Origin: Candidatus Latescibacterota bacterium
GTDB lineage: Bacteria > Latescibacterota > UBA2968
NCBI GenBank assembly: GCA_965116885.1
Contig: OZ220741.1
Coordinates: 5,216,001-5,280,000, forward strand
Direction of reading: 5' to 3'
Length of the DNA: 64,000 bases
Shown: piece by piece, positions 47,628 through 57,096 of the stretch
Position numbering within the stretch: position 1 is the first letter of the stretch
Layout of the letters: each line of letters opens with the position of its first letter
The notes under the pieces: generated by a model
What the model saw: the letters and a program-made list of their open reading frames with translations, nothing else
Told to the model about the DNA's origin: nothing
The model's database searches: none
Position numbers and translations under genes: made by a program

Positions 47628-48194
47628 CTAAATTCTGATGACTTCGTTTTCGGTTATGATTAAATCCATCTTCACATCATGTGGCTCGGCAGGCACGCGG
47701 TCTATGATTTGAAAACCATAAGATAAACCGATTCGAATAGCTTCAGTCTGTACCAAAAACCGGTCATAATATCCCCCCCCCGATCCAACCCGATGACCCA
47801 GGCGATCAAAAGCGATGCCCGGAATAAGGACGAGGTCAATGGTATGAGGCAGCAGCACCATTTCGGGATTTGGAACCGGTTCGCGCAAGCCATAACGCAC
47901 AGGTCGCAGATCACTCAGTCCCAAAATCGCTTGAAAATCCATACCCCCCTCTTCCCGCGTAACGGGTACTCCTACCTGCTTGCCGCTACCAATTGTTTTT
48001 TGAATCACAGTTCTTGTATCCACTTCATTTTTTATGGACACATAACAGGCAATACGCCGTGCAAGTTGGTATGCTGACATACCGATCAACCGGCGATAGA
48101 TACGCAAACTCTTCTCGCGAACAGCCCGTTCGGGCATTTGGATACGCTCGGAGCGAAGGCGACGTTTCAGATCTAACTTTGTCATAATAACCAC
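47628..48194 (-). CDS. 5-formyltetrahydrofolate cyclo-ligase
   Basis: EVDT, GLREP, IPGIAFD..GHRVGSGGGYYDRFL, EPHD; start may be ATG at 48185. Confidence 0.92.
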   Translation of the reverse strand: MVIMTKLDLKRRLRSERIQMPERAVREKSLRIYRRLIGMSAYQLARRIACYVSIKNEVDTRTVIQKTIGSGKQVGVPVTREEGGMDFQAILGLSDLRPVRYGLREPVPNPEMVLLPHTIDLVLIPGIAFDRLGHRVGSGGGYYDRFLVQTEAIRIGLSYGFQIIDRVPAEPHDVKMDLIITENEVIRI

Positions 48195-48265
48195 ACAACC
48201 AAATAATTACCATCGCAAGGAACTGCTTCCGTACCGTCTCGAATGATTCGTTTCTCGCTTCTCGC

Positions 48266-48294
48266 TTGACTTTAATAAATTAAACTGTTAAAAT
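48266..48294 (+). promoter_or_regulatory. sigma70-type promoter (extended -10) for uppS operon
   Basis: TTGACT(48266-48271)-17-TAAAAT(48289-48294) preceded by TG. Confidence 0.65.
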
Positions 48295-48375
48295 TTCACA
48301 ACATTTTTAATGATATTTTATCGGTGTTTGGGTGTGCAAGTTGAATTTTTCATTATTAATAATATGATTAATAAT

Positions 48376-49215
48376 ATGGAAGACACACATATAAACTGCT
48401 CTCGTGATTGTACTCAGCTTCAAGATAGGCTAAAAGCGCGCGGCAACCTGCCGTCGCACATTGCGATAATAATGGATGGCAATGGACGGTGGGCGCAGCA
48501 ACGAGATTTGCGCCGCACAGATGGGCATCGGTCTGCCCGCGAAACCGTGCGCGATATTGTGCGTGCCTGTGGCGAACTCGAAATAGATATTCTCACCCTG
48601 TTCACCTTTGGCACAGATAATTGGCGTCGGCCCTGGTCAGAAGTGTTGTCACTGATGCAATTATTGCGCGATTGTTCACACGAAGAACTCAATGAGTTGC
48701 AGGAAAACAATGTGCGTCTCATTGCAACCGGCGATATGGAGCGGCTGGTCAGGCACTCGCGTAAAGCACTTAAAAATGCCATTCGCGAAACGGCTAATAA
48801 TACGGGACTTACGCTTAATCTCGCATTGAGCTACGACGGTAAGAGCGATATTCTTCAAGCCGCACAAAGCATTGCTGTCGATGTCGCACAGGGGCGCATT
48901 TCACCAGACGCTATTGATGCCGATTTATTTTCTAAACGCCTTTATACGGGTAATTTGCCCGACCCCGATTTATTGATTCGCACCAGCGGCGAAGTGCGCT
49001 TGAGCAATTTTATGCTCTGGCAGTGTGCTTATACCGAATTCTGGTTTACAGATGTACTATGGCCCGATTTTAAGCGCGAGCACCTCTACGAAGCCATCCG
49101 CAGTTATCAAAATCGAGAACGGCGGTTTGGCAAAACAGGACTTCAATTGCGCGATGAAACGCTCGCAAGCAAAACCAATGGGTCTTCGGAGGACTTGTGG
49201 CAAAGTCCAATCTAA
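48376..49215 (+). CDS. uppS: Undecaprenyl diphosphate synthase
   Basis: HIAIIMDGNGRW, NWRRP, PDPDLLIRTSGEVRLSNFMLWQ, RERRFG; exact start uncertain (48364/48376). Confidence 0.95.
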   Translation: MEDTHINCSRDCTQLQDRLKARGNLPSHIAIIMDGNGRWAQQRDLRRTDGHRSARETVRDIVRACGELEIDILTLFTFGTDNWRRPWSEVLSLMQLLRDCSHEELNELQENNVRLIATGDMERLVRHSRKALKNAIRETANNTGLTLNLALSYDGKSDILQAAQSIAVDVAQGRISPDAIDADLFSKRLYTGNLPDPDLLIRTSGEVRLSNFMLWQCAYTEFWFTDVLWPDFKREHLYEAIRSYQNRERRFGKTGLQLRDETLASKTNGSSEDLWQSPI

Positions 49216-50009
49216 TCCAGCGCGTATTGGCAGCAGCCGTTTTTGGTCCAGTTTTGGTGGTGTTATTCTGGTTGGGTGACTATTGGCTATTTATAATGTG
49301 GTGCGGTGTGGTCTCTATAGGCACCTGGGAATTTTATCGCATGCTATCTCAGAAAGGGCTGTACCCCTGGACGGGATTTGGCATTGTTATATCCCTCTCC
49401 TGGTGCGCTGTCGCTTATGTTATTGGGCCAACTGCTTTCGCATTTTTTTTTCTCGTATTATTGCTCTTGATGTTCAGCATCGCCCTGTTTCGAGACGCCA
49501 CAGGCTATCGCCTGCTCAATGCAGGCGGCACGCTTTTAGGTGTGCTTTACGTCGGTTTTTTGGGCAGTTTTGTTCTCATAGTGAGAAACTCATTGCCCTT
49601 TGGTGCGTCAGAACAGGGGCAAGTTGCTGTTCTCATCTTACTGGGGATTTGGGCCAATGATACAATGGCCTATTTTTTTGGACGGTGGTTTGGCCGATGG
49701 CACCCCTTTCCCACAATCAGCGCGGCGAAGACCGAAGCCGGATTCATCGGAGGTCTTCTATTCGCACTTTTGGTAACAGGACTCGGCGGACAGGTCCTCG
49801 GGCTGTTTAATATAACCCAAAGCCTCATACTCGGCCTTCTCATTGGCATTGGGGCATCTTTGGGAGATCTCGTTGAATCTATGATTAAACGAGATATGGA
49901 CGTCAAAGATACGTCGGAACTGATCCCTGGACACGGTGGCGTGCTGGATCGCTTTGACAGTGCTTTTTTTGTTTTTCCACTTGTTTATCTTTATTTTCAA
50001 TTTTTATGA
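49197..50009 (+). CDS. cdsA: Phosphatidate cytidylyltransferase
   Basis: GDLVESMIKR..VKD...IPGHGGVLDRFDS. Confidence 0.95.
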   Translation: MAKSNLIQRVLAAAVFGPVLVVLFWLGDYWLFIMWCGVVSIGTWEFYRMLSQKGLYPWTGFGIVISLSWCAVAYVIGPTAFAFFFLVLLLLMFSIALFRDATGYRLLNAGGTLLGVLYVGFLGSFVLIVRNSLPFGASEQGQVAVLILLGIWANDTMAYFFGRWFGRWHPFPTISAAKTEAGFIGGLLFALLVTGLGGQVLGLFNITQSLILGLLIGIGASLGDLVESMIKRDMDVKDTSELIPGHGGVLDRFDSAFFVFPLVYLYFQFL

Positions 50010-51160
50010 TAAAACGCGTTGCCCTTCTCGGATCCACAGGCTCTATCGGCACAAACACGCTACGTGTTTTGAATAGCCTATCCGACCGATTTGAACTGGT
50101 GAGTTTATGTGCCGGACGCAATGTCGAGTTGCTGTGTGAACAAGCCGAGCAATGGCGCCCTAAGCGCGTTTGTATTGCTCAGGGGGCAAAAGAGGTCCAG
50201 GCGCGTCTTGCCCCACTGGACATTGAAGTACTCGAAGGCAACGCGGGCTTGCAGGAACTGTCTGTCGATCCCGATACCGACCTGGTCATTAATGGCCTGG
50301 CGGCAGGCGTGGGACTGCGCCCTACGCTATCTGCTGTGCGCGCGGGCAAAGATGTGGCAATTGCCAATAAAGAGACACTGGTTGTCGCAGGGCATCTGGT
50401 AACTGCATGGGCCAAACAGACCGGCGCCACATTATTGCCGATCGACAGTGAGACAACGCCGCTGTGGCAATCGTTGCAAGAGACGAACCGAGACGAGGTC
50501 AAACGCATTTTACTGCCCGCCTCGGGCGGTCCTTTTTTTGACTATACACAAAAGCAAATGGCGAGTGTTTCACGCGACCAGGCACTCAATCATCCCACCT
50601 GGCAGATGGGACCAAAAATTACGATTGACTCCGCTACATTGATGAATAAAGGCTTTGAAGTGATCGAAGCGCAATGGTTTCTCGATTTGCCGATCTCGAA
50701 AATCGATGTGATTATTCATCGGCAGTCTATTGTGCATTGTCTTATCGAATACGTGGATGGCGGCATGATGGCGCACCTGAGTACACCCGATATGCAGTTG
50801 CCCATTCATCAGGCTCTGGTACACCCCGAAAAGCTACCTACACAGATTGAACGCCTGGATCTGACAAAGGTCGGCACATTGAGTTTTTTCCAGCCCGATA
50901 CAGACCGATTTCCCTGTCTTCAATTGGCATATCAGGCCGTAGAACAGGGCGGAACTGCGCCCGCTGCACTCAACGCTGCCAATGAAGTCGCCGTATATGC
51001 TTTTCTCGATGGCCGCATCGGATTTCTCGATATCCCTCGTGTGATTGCACAAACCCTTGATGAACACGAGGCATCTGAAGATACCCTCGAGGCGATCTTT
51101 GACACAGACCGCTGGGGGCGAGTCCGTGCAAATGAACTGATTTGTTCACTTGAATCATAG
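50006..51160 (+). CDS. dxr: 1-deoxy-D-xylulose 5-phosphate reductoisomerase
   Basis: LGSTGSIG, ANKE, ASGGPF, HPTWQMGPKITIDSATLMNKGFEVIEA, NAANE. Confidence 0.95.
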   Translation: MIKRVALLGSTGSIGTNTLRVLNSLSDRFELVSLCAGRNVELLCEQAEQWRPKRVCIAQGAKEVQARLAPLDIEVLEGNAGLQELSVDPDTDLVINGLAAGVGLRPTLSAVRAGKDVAIANKETLVVAGHLVTAWAKQTGATLLPIDSETTPLWQSLQETNRDEVKRILLPASGGPFFDYTQKQMASVSRDQALNHPTWQMGPKITIDSATLMNKGFEVIEAQWFLDLPISKIDVIIHRQSIVHCLIEYVDGGMMAHLSTPDMQLPIHQALVHPEKLPTQIERLDLTKVGTLSFFQPDTDRFPCLQLAYQAVEQGGTAPAALNAANEVAVYAFLDGRIGFLDIPRVIAQTLDEHEASEDTLEAIFDTDRWGRVRANELICSLES

Positions 51161-51174
51161 AAACGAGGTTTCCC

Positions 51175-52500
51175 GTGATCGTCGATCTTCTCTACTTCTT
51201 TTTTGTCCTGGGCGTACTGGTTTTTGTTCACGAACTCGGGCATTTTTTGGTGGCCAAAAAATCGGGCATCAGAGTTGAGGCTTTCTCACTTGGATTCCCG
51301 CCCAAAGCAATAGGCGTAAAAATTGGTGAGACCGAATACTGCCTTTCGTGGTTGCCATTAGGGGGATATGTCAAAGTTGCCGGCATGGCCGACTTTGGTC
51401 ACGAAGAAGGCAAGGGTAAGCCCTGGGAGTTTCAGTCTAAGCCGCGATGGATTCAGATGGCCGTGATGGTTGCCGGACCGGCAATGAACTTTTTTCTGGG
51501 CTTTTTGCTATTGCTCACTATGTATATGTCGGCGGGCGAATACGCATTTTTAGACGATTCGCGCGTGGGTGAAGTTAAGACAGACTCGCCCTTCTATACG
51601 GCAGGCCTAAGACCGGGAGACCGCATTTTAGCCGTTGGAAATACAGCGGTAAATAACTGGGACGAAATGGAAGATGCGTTTCTCCTTCAAGCCGGTGACG
51701 TCATACCCGTTGAAATTGAACGCATCCCTGCCTACCGGTCAGACAGAACCGAGCGATTGACGATTTCTGTCGATTTGACCTCCCCCCCCCGCGAAGGTCT
51801 GGGACTGGGATATTATATGACCACAGAGGTTGGAGGCGTGATGCCCGGAATGCCAGCCGCAGAAATTGGACTGCAACCGGGCGATGTGATTACATCGGTC
51901 AATGATGTCCCCGTCACGATGTGGTGGGAGATGAGCCGCGAGATTTCTGTGCAACCCGGCGTGGAAATTTCATTGACCTGGCAGCGCAATGGTGAAGAGA
52001 TGACGAAGCAGATTATTCCCGCCTCTCAAACTTTTAATGGCGAAACCGTGGGGCGCATTGGCATTGATTTGGCTTCCAAACGCAATCCCATTTCCTTTTT
52101 TAAGGCCGTGCGCCGCAGTGCAACAGAAACCATCAATTTGTCAACAGCCATTTTTGGATTTGTCAAAGGCCTGGTCATAGGACAAGAATCCAGCAAGAAT
52201 TTGGCTGGACCTGTGGGAATTTTCCAGATGGTGGGCCAAAGTGCCGAGCGAGGTTTCTCCTATCTGCTGTGGTTTATGGCCATGCTCAGCATTAATCTGG
52301 GCGTACTCAATCTGCTACCCATTCCCATGCTCGATGGAGGCCATCTCACCATTCTCACGATAGAAGGCATTATTCGTCGGGATTTATCTGCGCGACACAA
52401 AGCCTGGCTCCAGCAAGCCGGATTTGCATTTTTGCTCTTCCTGATAATTTACGTAACCTTCAACGATATCGGACGTATTTCCGGATGGTTTGGAAACTAA
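51175..52500 (+). CDS. rseP: RIP metalloprotease RseP
   Basis: HELGH, PLGGYV, two PDZ domains, NLLPIPMLDGG. Confidence 0.95.
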   Translation: MIVDLLYFFFVLGVLVFVHELGHFLVAKKSGIRVEAFSLGFPPKAIGVKIGETEYCLSWLPLGGYVKVAGMADFGHEEGKGKPWEFQSKPRWIQMAVMVAGPAMNFFLGFLLLLTMYMSAGEYAFLDDSRVGEVKTDSPFYTAGLRPGDRILAVGNTAVNNWDEMEDAFLLQAGDVIPVEIERIPAYRSDRTERLTISVDLTSPPREGLGLGYYMTTEVGGVMPGMPAAEIGLQPGDVITSVNDVPVTMWWEMSREISVQPGVEISLTWQRNGEEMTKQIIPASQTFNGETVGRIGIDLASKRNPISFFKAVRRSATETINLSTAIFGFVKGLVIGQESSKNLAGPVGIFQMVGQSAERGFSYLLWFMAMLSINLGVLNLLPIPMLDGGHLTILTIEGIIRRDLSARHKAWLQQAGFAFLLFLIIYVTFNDIGRISGWFGN

Positions 52501-52531
52501 AGCTCCTTGGATATACCAGAGATTGAACGAC

Positions 52532-52563
52532 AAAATCCCCCGCAAAAATGTGGGGGATTTTTT
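52532..52563. terminator. Bidirectional terminator
   Basis: AAAATCCCCCGCA/TGTGGGGGATTTT between convergent genes. Confidence 0.8.
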
Positions 52564-52653
52564 ATTTCCAACCAGATCCAGACTCCGGTCTCCAGTCCCT
52601 GTCTCTCACGTTAACTGGTCTGGACTGTGACCTGCTATACACTGTTCTACGTC

Positions 52654-52995
52654 TTACCTTTCATCTTTCTTTTTCGTCTTTTGAAATGCCTCCATCTCAC
52701 GCTCTGCGTTCTCGCCAAATCGCTGCTGAATCAGGGCAATGAGCGCATCCCATTTTTCGGGGTGATCCCGACGGTCTTTGAGAAATTTCTCAATATCGGC
52801 TTGTGTGATGCCCTGTCGTTTGAATAGTTTTTTTCGTTCCACCAGCAGCGAGTCAGGCGCGAGCGCATAACGGCGGTGAAGTTCCATCGCATCTGCAAAC
52901 AACTCGATAAATTTCTTATCCGATAGCTCTGGCGTCGAAGTGATTGCGCATCCAATCGCACTGAGCAAGAGACACCAGAGAAGCACTTTTTTCAT
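52654..52995 (-). CDS. Hypothetical small lipoprotein
   Basis: MKKVLLWCLLLSAIGC lipobox, helical body. Confidence 0.6.
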   Translation of the reverse strand: MKKVLLWCLLLSAIGCAITSTPELSDKKFIELFADAMELHRRYALAPDSLLVERKKLFKRQGITQADIEKFLKDRRDHPEKWDALIALIQQRFGENAEREMEAFQKTKKKDER

Positions 52996-53102
52996 AACAG
53001 AGTCCCAAAGAGAGAATCCCACAGAGGTCCTTCCGCAATTCCCTCAAAATACGTCACAATAATGCATACATATAAATAACTTATTTTTTATAGATAAAAC
53101 AA

Positions 53103-53168
53103 TTGACTTTTGAAACGCGAATTACTAATTTAAGCCAGGTGGCGTATTGTGGTGGATTGTGGTGGATT
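53103..53168 (+). promoter_or_regulatory. dcw promoter with three MraZ-binding repeats
   Basis: TTGACT(53103-08)-17-TAATTT; GTGGCGTATT GTGGTGGATT GTGGTGGATT (53139-53168), 10-bp period GTGG. Confidence 0.8.
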
Positions 53169-53225
53169 TTATTTTTTTATATATCACTTTGTAAAATAAC
53201 AATTTAGATCTCTCAGGCTTCTCAG

Positions 53226-53672
53226 ATGTCCGATAACTGTCCAGAGTTTTATGGCGACTTTGAAAATATCCCCATCGATACCAAGGGTCGCTTAATTGTT
53301 CCTGCAGCATTTCGGAACGCGCTGCCCAGTGGCGTAAGCTCAATTATTGTCACGCAGTGGTTTGATGGTTGTTTGGCCGCGTTTGATCCCGATGGATGGC
53401 GGCGGATCATTGATCAACTCCGCAACATGGGACACTCACAAGTCCAGTCAAGACAATTAGTTAGAGCAATGGCAGGACGCGCATCTGAGGTAAAACTCGA
53501 CCGCCAGGGGCGTGCATTGATCCCCCGAAAGCGTCTGGATTCGGTCGGTATTACAGATCGCGCAACGCTGGCAGGCGCCGTTGATTGTATTGAAATTTGG
53601 GATCCCGATAAGTATAACGAAGCTCAAAATGCCGTTAATATGGAAGAGATAGCTGAAGGATTGGAACGGTAG
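53226..53672 (+). CDS. mraZ: Transcriptional regulator MraZ
   Basis: IDTKGRLIVP and LDRQGRALIP duplicated motifs, IEIW. Confidence 0.93.
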   Translation: MSDNCPEFYGDFENIPIDTKGRLIVPAAFRNALPSGVSSIIVTQWFDGCLAAFDPDGWRRIIDQLRNMGHSQVQSRQLVRAMAGRASEVKLDRQGRALIPRKRLDSVGITDRATLAGAVDCIEIWDPDKYNEAQNAVNMEEIAEGLER

Positions 53673-53750
53673 AGAATATTCCGAAACAAGGAATAAATAT
53701 TCGGAATAAATATTCATACAATTAACAACTAATATAAAAAACAACAAGTT

Positions 53751-54725
53751 ATGCACCAAAAGGCTCCAGAGTATCACGTTCCGATCTTGGGGCCAGATGT
53801 GTCAAAATATCTCATAACTGACCCCAATGGAATTTATGTCGATGCGACTTTGGGAGGCGGTGGACACGCTGAAATTGTGCTCAAGCATCTGGGGCCTGAT
53901 GGCAAATTGATCGGCATTGACCGCGATCCCAAAGCCATCGAAGTCGCGACAAAACGTCTGACTCCATTCAAAGATCGGGTTTCTACAGTGCAAGCACCGT
54001 TTTGGAATCTCCGACACATTTTGGCAGAACAGGACCTTGCGACAATCACGGGCATTTTATTCGATCTGGGTCTTTCGTCTCACCAGATTGACAATGCCGA
54101 CCGGGGATTCAGTTTTCAACAGCGCGGTACACTCGATATGCGTATGGGGCCCGATGCAAAATGCACGGCACACGAGGTGGTCAATGCGTATTCGCAGGAA
54201 GATTTGACCCGCATCATCAAAACTTATGGTGAAGAACGCGCTGCTGCCCGCATCGCCCGAGCAATCTGTGAAAACAGACCTCTCAATTATACGGATGATC
54301 TGGCCGATGTAATTGCGCGGCACAGCTATGGGCCTCGAAAGCAAAAGACGCTTGCGCGGGTATTTCAAGCGCTTCGCATTGAAGTGAACGATGAATTGAC
54401 ACATCTTGAAGACGCGCTCCAAACAGCTATTGATCTACTCAAACCCGGTGGGCGCATTGGCGTCTTGACTTACCATTCGCTGGAACACCGCGCTGTCAAA
54501 CGGGTTTTTGAACTGGGTACGCGCGATTGTATTGGGCCTGTTAATCTGCCCATATGTGCCTGTGATCGCCTGCCCGTATTGACCTTGCCGGGAAAGCGAG
54601 CCATTCGACCAAATCGGACAGAAATCGCTCAAAATCCACGGGCACGCAGCGCAACACTTCGCGTGGCGCAACGCCTCGGTGTTTCCGCTCAGCCCTGGTT
54701 GTGCCATCGAGGACCTCTGTCGTGA
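53751..54725 (+). CDS. rsmH: 16S rRNA m4C1402 methyltransferase
   Basis: HVPIL, DATLGGGGH, DLGLSS, FQALRIEVN, NPRARSA. Confidence 0.95.
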   Translation: MHQKAPEYHVPILGPDVSKYLITDPNGIYVDATLGGGGHAEIVLKHLGPDGKLIGIDRDPKAIEVATKRLTPFKDRVSTVQAPFWNLRHILAEQDLATITGILFDLGLSSHQIDNADRGFSFQQRGTLDMRMGPDAKCTAHEVVNAYSQEDLTRIIKTYGEERAAARIARAICENRPLNYTDDLADVIARHSYGPRKQKTLARVFQALRIEVNDELTHLEDALQTAIDLLKPGGRIGVLTYHSLEHRAVKRVFELGTRDCIGPVNLPICACDRLPVLTLPGKRAIRPNRTEIAQNPRARSATLRVAQRLGVSAQPWLCHRGPLS

Positions 54726-55015
54726 CTTCAGAATCGCGCCCGCCCTGGGGAATTTATCGCTCTGGTTTTTTATCGGTTATTCTCCTCGTTTCGGGATTGC
54801 TCATTTATATGTGGGGACATGTAGAAACCCTGAATCAGGGGCGTGAAATTGATCGGCTGCGTGCAGAGAAAAAAAACCTCTTGCACCAGCAAGAACGACT
54901 CCTGGCACGTACAGCGAGTTTGAAGCAGAGCAGTCGCATTCGCGATATTGCCGTTCGAAAATTGGGCATGGTGTTTCCGAGTGATCCACCAAAAAATTTG
55001 TACTTGAGTCGGTAA
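54701..55015 (+). CDS. ftsL: Cell division protein FtsL
   Basis: Single TM, leucine zipper, RIRDIA..LGM; position between rsmH and ftsI. Confidence 0.8.
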   Translation: MPSRTSVVTSESRPPWGIYRSGFLSVILLVSGLLIYMWGHVETLNQGREIDRLRAEKKNLLHQQERLLARTASLKQSSRIRDIAVRKLGMVFPSDPPKNLYLSR

Positions 55016-57093
55016 TGAATATTCGCTTAAGAATAATCGCGCTTTTCGGTATAGGATTCGCGCTACTTTTGGCGTTTCGGCTGGTTTCCCTACAGGTCTG
55101 GTCTGTAGAGGCATACACTGACCAGGCGCGCAGTCAGCATGTCAAGAAGCGGGTTTTGCTCGCAGAGAGAGGGCGCATTTTTGACCGACGCGGCCGGGTG
55201 CTGGCGACAAATCTCGAATCCCAATCGTTCTTTCTCAACCAAATATCTGATAGAGACAGCCTGCGTTCGCTCGCCATTCGATTCTCTCGACAATCTGGGC
55301 GCGATGAAGCAACTCTCCTGAAGAAGGTTGATCAATCGCGCTCCTTCGTATGGCTCGCCCGTCAAGTCATTGATGCACCTACCGGATTGCCAGAAAGTAT
55401 CGGACGCATTGTCGAGATGCGACGCAATTATCCCATGGGGGCTCTGGCGGGTCAGGTATTGGGATATACCGATACCGATGGCCTGGGAATTGAAGGCATT
55501 GAACGCGCTTTTGATCCAATCTTGAGAGGTGAACCAGGTGAGTTATCCGCACGCGTTGACGCGAGAGGTCAAATGCTCAGCACACTCGGTGCAGTTCGGC
55601 AGATGCCTAAAAATGGCGATGATATCACCCTCACCATCGATGCCGATTATCAGGCCATTGCAGAAGAAGAGTTGCTAAAAGGCATGCAGAAATTCGATGC
55701 TAAAAGCGGCATTGCCATTGTGATGGAACCCCATACGGGTGAAATTTTAGCACTGGCAAACGCGCCTTTTTACGATCCAAATGATTTTTCAAAATCAGAA
55801 CTCTGGATACGGCGCAATCGGGCGGCAACCGATCAGTTCGAGCCGGGATCGACCTTTAAGGTTGTAGCATTTGCCGCCGCGCTCGAAGCCGGTTTGGTTG
55901 AGCCAGAAGATAAAATTTTCTGTGAAAATGGCAGAATGCGTATCGCTGGCGGCAAAATACTTCGAGACTCACATCCCGAAGGCTGGCTGACCGTGCGAGA
56001 AGTAATGGAAGAATCGAGCAATATTGGTACGGCTAAAATCGCGCGTAAAGTGGAAAAAGGTCCCTTATATCGCCAGATGCGCTTATTTGGCTTTGGCGCA
56101 AAAACAGGTGTGGATTTGCCGGGCGAAGTCAGCGGTCAACTTCGCCATCCAGATAAATGGTCAGCACGATCATTGGAAACCCTTTCCATAGGGCAAGAGA
56201 TTGCCGTGACCGCCCTTCAGGTCGCTGCTGCTTATAGCGCGATTGCCAATGGAGGGCGATTGATGACGCCGCGTATTTTCTTAAGAGCGTCTCGTAAGGA
56301 TTCCACAACGGAAGAAGGATCGCGCAGACCTATTCGACGGGTGATATCGCCCGAAACAGCGCGTACTCTTACCAGTTTCCTCGAAGGCGTTGTCAGTCAT
56401 GGTACCGGTAAAAATGCGCGCATACCCGGTTTCCGTGTTGCGGGAAAAACCGGAACAGCGCAGCAAGTGAAAGAAGGACAACCCGGATACGATCCCAATC
56501 GCTACATTCCGTCTTTTGTGGGTTTTTTGCCCGTCGAACGCCCCGAACTGTTGTGTTTGGTAGCCATAGATAGTCCTAAAAAGATCCACTGGGCAAGTCT
56601 GGTTGCCGCGCCTGTTTTTAAACGTATTGTACAGCGAATTTTGAGTCTGCGGCAAGCTCCTCTGCGCCACAGCGCCCCCCTGCTCGATGAACAGCCGCCT
56701 CCGTCTCCACGCGCCGACATTCATCTGGTGGGTCTTTCGCGGAAAGCTGCCACAGATGCTCTGAAACGTCTGGGAATGACCTATCAAATTGTGGGCGAAG
56801 GAGACCGCGTTGTTGGACAGCATATCGACATTGAAGAAAATAATGTCTCGTTGTTTTTAGGTTCTGCGCCTATTGCCACTCCCGATTACCGCACAGAGGC
56901 CAAAGGTTCAGACTCGCTTTACATGCCCGATGTGCGCGGAGCACCCGTGCGGCAGGCGGTTGCACAATTGACACAGATGGGGTTTCAGATCAAAATTTCG
57001 GGTAGTGGGCGGGTGATCGCACAGTCGCCCGAACCGGGTGTACCCGTAAAACCGGGAACATTATGTACGGTCGAATGTAAACGAGAAAGCTGA
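55015..57093 (+). CDS. ftsI: Class B PBP FtsI with C-terminal PASTA domains
   Basis: RGRIFDR, EPGSTFK, SSN, KTGT; MPDVRG PASTA repeat. Confidence 0.93.
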   Translation: MNIRLRIIALFGIGFALLLAFRLVSLQVWSVEAYTDQARSQHVKKRVLLAERGRIFDRRGRVLATNLESQSFFLNQISDRDSLRSLAIRFSRQSGRDEATLLKKVDQSRSFVWLARQVIDAPTGLPESIGRIVEMRRNYPMGALAGQVLGYTDTDGLGIEGIERAFDPILRGEPGELSARVDARGQMLSTLGAVRQMPKNGDDITLTIDADYQAIAEEELLKGMQKFDAKSGIAIVMEPHTGEILALANAPFYDPNDFSKSELWIRRNRAATDQFEPGSTFKVVAFAAALEAGLVEPEDKIFCENGRMRIAGGKILRDSHPEGWLTVREVMEESSNIGTAKIARKVEKGPLYRQMRLFGFGAKTGVDLPGEVSGQLRHPDKWSARSLETLSIGQEIAVTALQVAAAYSAIANGGRLMTPRIFLRASRKDSTTEEGSRRPIRRVISPETARTLTSFLEGVVSHGTGKNARIPGFRVAGKTGTAQQVKEGQPGYDPNRYIPSFVGFLPVERPELLCLVAIDSPKKIHWASLVAAPVFKRIVQRILSLRQAPLRHSAPLLDEQPPPSPRADIHLVGLSRKAATDALKRLGMTYQIVGEGDRVVGQHIDIEENNVSLFLGSAPIATPDYRTEAKGSDSLYMPDVRGAPVRQAVAQLTQMGFQIKISGSGRVIAQSPEPGVPVKPGTLCTVECKRES

Positions 57094-57096
57094 GAT

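Noticed and set aside
48195..48310. 6S RNA upstream of the 5-FTHF cyclo-ligase gene
   Set aside because: Region too short and occupied by the uppS promoter; no long hairpin
52577..52624. TCCAGAC/GTCTGGA inverted repeat as small RNA
   Set aside because: Only 7 bp with weak interior and no family signature; probably 3' UTR structure
53674..53715. GGAATAAATATTC tandem duplication and small hairpin between mraZ and rsmH
   Set aside because: Short AT-rich slippage with no supportable function
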